Shown here one piece after another: positions 60,623 to 64,000 of a stretch of 64,000 nucleotides of DNA. The stretch is from Proteromonas lacertae. Its lineage: Eukaryota. The first letter of the stretch is position 1. Every line of letters begins with the position of its first letter. Both the position numbers and the translations under genes were made by a program. The stretch is from assembly GCA_002245135.1 (NCBI GenBank), contig NGBS01001177.1, forward strand, positions 1 through 64,000, read 5' to 3'. The notes under the pieces were generated by a model that had not been told where the DNA came from, ran no database searches, and saw only the letters and a program-made list of their open reading frames with translations.

Positions 60623-61429
60623 ATGGGTAAGAAGAATAACCAAGAAAATATAATATTAATTGGAATGTTGAGAGGTCTGTCACGTGAAGAAGAATATATA
60701 TGGATAAATAAGAAAGTTTGTAGAAAAGAAGAAAGACAACAAATAAGAGCCACATTAAAGTCATTAGTTAAATCAAAACAAATTAGTAATGAATTTGTAC
60801 ACAACAAGAAAAACTAAGATTATAAAATAGAGAAAAGGATATGAAGTATCAATGAAAATAGATGTTCATATGTTTCATTTTGTTGGTTATATACCTGGAA
60901 TTATTCTCTTCATGGGAGCAGTAGTAAGTTATCCCAAAAGATGTGTTTATATCTGCTTGAATGAGTTGAATAAAATGTTAATTACTTGTTATAAAGAAAC
61001 TCTTACAGATTATTCAATATCGTTTAAGAAACAACATAAAAACTTGAAGAATCTGTTCTACAATCATCATGTATATATTATTCATTATATTTGTTAGTTG
61101 AATTACAATGATTACTTAAAAATTGATAGATTAAGTCCATTATTAGATAAGGCGGATAAAATAAAAGCAAAAACTGCTGATAACCTTTGCACTATTGTTA
61201 GAGATGTGAATAATCTTGAAACTATTGATTTAAAATCTATCAAATTGAATGAAACATCAAAAGATTATGCAGTTAATTCACAAAAGTTAGGTAAAAGATT
61301 AAACCATTTCTTCTCCAAAAAAGTAATACTTTTTGAATTTTTTTAATATAATTTTTATAGATAACAGCAATTATAGCAATTTCAACTCTTTCTTGGATGA
61401 TTTATTTTTTCCTAATTGCACTGAGTTAA
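60623..61429 (+). CDS. Divergent longin R-SNARE (VAMP7-like), 3 introns
   Basis: Longin-like SYPKRCVYICLNEL; SNARE motif KADKIKAKTADNLCTIVRDVNNLETIDLKSIKLNETSKDYAVNSQKL; C-terminal TM. Confidence 0.65.
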
Positions 61430-61787
61430 ATAATTGTAATTATACTTTATTTTTCAAATTTATTCATTGTGTATGCAATAACTACTAATCTACTCGCATA
61501 TAATTAGTCTAACAAATTTTCATAGTGAAAGGCATAAAAACAATACCACAAATGAGAAATTGAAGAAAGTTAGTTCATTTTGTGTAACAGTTTGTAACGC
61601 ATCAATTTTCGAATCTTAGCATTTCTTTTTTCTTTCTGTTTAGGAAATTATACTAGGCAGAATAAATCATATAATTATCTAAACACTAAAATTACATCCA
61701 GTACATTCCGTTGTATCCACTTTTTTCACTCATCTTTGAAGTTAACGTACCCAAATTTTATATAGATATATTTATCAAAGACTAGAT

Positions 61788-62320
61788 ATGGATCCAACAC
61801 AGGTATAATATCTATATCATTTTCTACCAGCAGAATCACAATGTGAAAAAAACATCTGAAGAAGAAGAAACAGATGGTTCAAGAAATGGCAGATGGACTG
61901 ACGAGGAACATAATTTATTTTTGCAAGGTTTAAATCTTCATGGTCGTGATTGGAAAGCAATTGCTGCATTAGTATTGATATTGAGTTTATTTTGTATAGG
62001 TAAAAACACGAAATTTAGTTCAAATAAGAACACATGCTCAGAAATACTTCTTAAAACAAGAAAAGAATAAGAGATCAAATGTATTTATAAAATGAGTGAA
62101 TGTTTATGATATTTATAGGATATGGCATTTGCTACACCACCACCTAGTAAAGTTCGTAAACTAAATGAAGGAACAAAATCAGCAGATCGAGGAGTGAAGT
62201 ATTTTTATTTTCATTTTATTTTTTTATTTGTTTTAGTATTCCTCCTTATCCAACTCGTTCTAGAACATCAATTCAAATACAATCATTAGCACCACCACCA
62301 CTGCAAATACCACAAATGTC

Positions 62321-62354
<34 letters not shown>

Positions 62355-64000
62355 TTATCACAACAACAACAACAACAACAACAACAACTTCCACCTCCAA
62401 TCAATACTCCACAAATAATAAAGATTGATATTCCATTATCTCCAGATGAAGATGATTATCCAAATACACCATTATCAAGATTTAATAATGGAAGATCTGA
62501 ATTGCATAATGTATAATAATTAATTCACTTTATTATTTACAAATAGGCAATTGTTTCTGGTAATATTAAATTAATAGAATTACTATTAGCTGATGCTAAG
62601 AAGAATAGTAGTAACATCAATTTACCTGATTCACAAGGTTTTACACCATTAATGTTAGCTGCCTGTATTGCTGATTCTAAAATGAGTTTGAAATTATGTG
62701 ATATATTAATTCAAAATGGAGCACATCTTGATGATAGGGATCATATAGGAAATACTCCTTTACATTGGGCTTCTGCTATTGGATCATCAAGTATATTATC
62801 ATTTATATTATTTATGTATTTGTCTATAGAAGGAATTCAATTATTAATTGAAAAAGGAAGTGATCCAAATTGGGTAAATAATAACAAAGAAACTCCACTT
62901 CATACAGCTTCAAGATATGGTAGAATCTCAGTAATAGAATATCTATTATCACCAGCTATCAATGCAGATTACAAAGTCCAAAATATCGACTATTTAACAG
63001 CCTTTGATGTTGCTGGTTGTCCTGCAGGATGTGTAGTAGATCCATTGTTAAGAAATATGGTAAGAAATTGTTATTTCAAATGCATTCCATATTTTAGAAC
63101 TTTAGTTTTGTATCATAATGATTGTATCAAACCAATCAGTAACGGAGGTGATCCAAATAGTTATTTGAATTGGGAAAACTCAGATCGTGTCAAAGTAATC
63201 TTAAACAAATTACATGAGAAATTTGTACAAAATGAAATTGATTATACAGACGAAATCAATTTAATCAGTAAAGAACAAATGGTTAAAGTCCATACAGAAT
63301 CATACATTGAGTTCTTATTTGCATTGGATAAATCAGTACAAGATAAAGAAGGATATGTTCCTATGACACCCACAATACAAGGTAAATTTGGTACTGTATT
63401 TCCAGTAAAGAATTCTGCTAATAGTGAAACACAATTAAGTAAAGAGACATTCACTGCAGCAAGAAGAGCATCAGGTGCAATCTGTAAAGCAATTGATGAT
63501 ATTGTTGCAGGTAAACATCGTAATGCATTTTGTGTAGTTAGACCTCCAGGTCATAATTGTGGTTTGAAAGGCTTGGCTAAATTATCAAGTGGTTGTGGTT
63601 ATTCTATATTAAACCATATAATGATTGGTACTCAATACTGTTTAGATACATATAAAGATATTAAGAAAATAGCAATTGTTGATTTTGATATACATCATGG
63701 AAATGGAACTGAAGAATTAATAAAGAAGTTTAATAAATCAGATCAATTGTTATATATTTCTTTACATTTATATTGTAAAGATCCAGAGAATAAATATGAA
63801 TTTTACCCTGGTACTGGTGATTGTGATGATTTTATAAATAATATCTATAACTGTCCAATCAGTCCAAATTGGGATAATTGTGTAAATAATAATGATAGAA
63901 CCTATTATTTATTTATGTTTCATTCAAGAGTTTTACCTACTTTAAGAGCTTTTAAACCTGATTTAATCTTAGTATCTGCAGGATTTGATGGTGGTAAAGC
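61788..64000 (+). CDS. Myb(SHAQKYF)-polyQ-ankyrin-class II histone deacetylase fusion; truncated by the right edge
   Basis: GRWTDEEHNLFLQGL...IRTHAQKYF; GFTPLMLAA, GNTPLHWAS, ETPLHTAS; AFCVVRPPGHN, IVDFDIHHGNGT, FYPGTG, PDLILVSAGFD. Confidence 0.88.
62322..62387 (+). repeat. Imperfect (CAA)n poly-Gln tract
   Basis: Tandem CAA units encoding [22 protein letters not shown]. Confidence 0.9.

Noticed and set aside
6110..61429. Stop codons created by polyadenylation (Blastocystis-type)
   Set aside because: Every gene end I traced has a genomic stop codon.
61813..61830. ATATCATTTT near the start of the Myb-HDAC gene as a U12 donor
   Set aside because: It lies inside an ordinary 28-nt GT-AG intron that already gives the correct frame.
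933..63454. Many 60-150 aa antisense or overlapping ORFs in the track
   Set aside because: They are shadows of real genes or read-through of AT-rich introns, with I/F/L/Y/S-rich low-complexity translations.

Overview
Very AT-rich, gene-dense eukaryotic (protist) DNA in the standard genetic code. Most introns are very short GT-AG introns of about 26-45 nt, and genes are often head-to-head. The intron style, minor-type introns and TGTTTGTT-like 3' motifs resemble Opalinata stramenopiles (Blastocystis/Proteromonas group); this assignment is inference only. Bases 1-~5972 are the right part of an apparently intron-free mobile element. It carries a Polinton/Maverick-type integrase, an OB-fold-like ORF, a Zn-finger ORF and a repeat-rich terminus ending in ...ACA. 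The rest is host genes: ZIP4/SPO22, PTDSS, a HAT/TPR protein, LIM, NEK, an intron-free glycosyltransferase-like gene, IFT20, a SET+double-CHHC fusion, HRQ1, WDR44, ALG6, a small tail-anchored protein, pseudokinase-SPRY, peptidase C45, a membrane-anchored alpha-2-macroglobulin, GCN2, CFAP46, an unknown gene, a clathrin pseudogene, cyclin L, pseudokinase-LRR, a PPIE-type RRM, RING/TRAF, a longin SNARE and Myb-ankyrin-HDAC. Two structures are invisible to the ORF track. (1) At 53024-53552 there is an array of 11 microexons, seven of them only 3 nt, separated by 12 phase-2 introns, which splices into a zinc-ribbon-like domain. (2) Five ultrashort AT-starting U12-like introns end in AA, AG or AC. 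All gene models were read by eye and have no transcript support.
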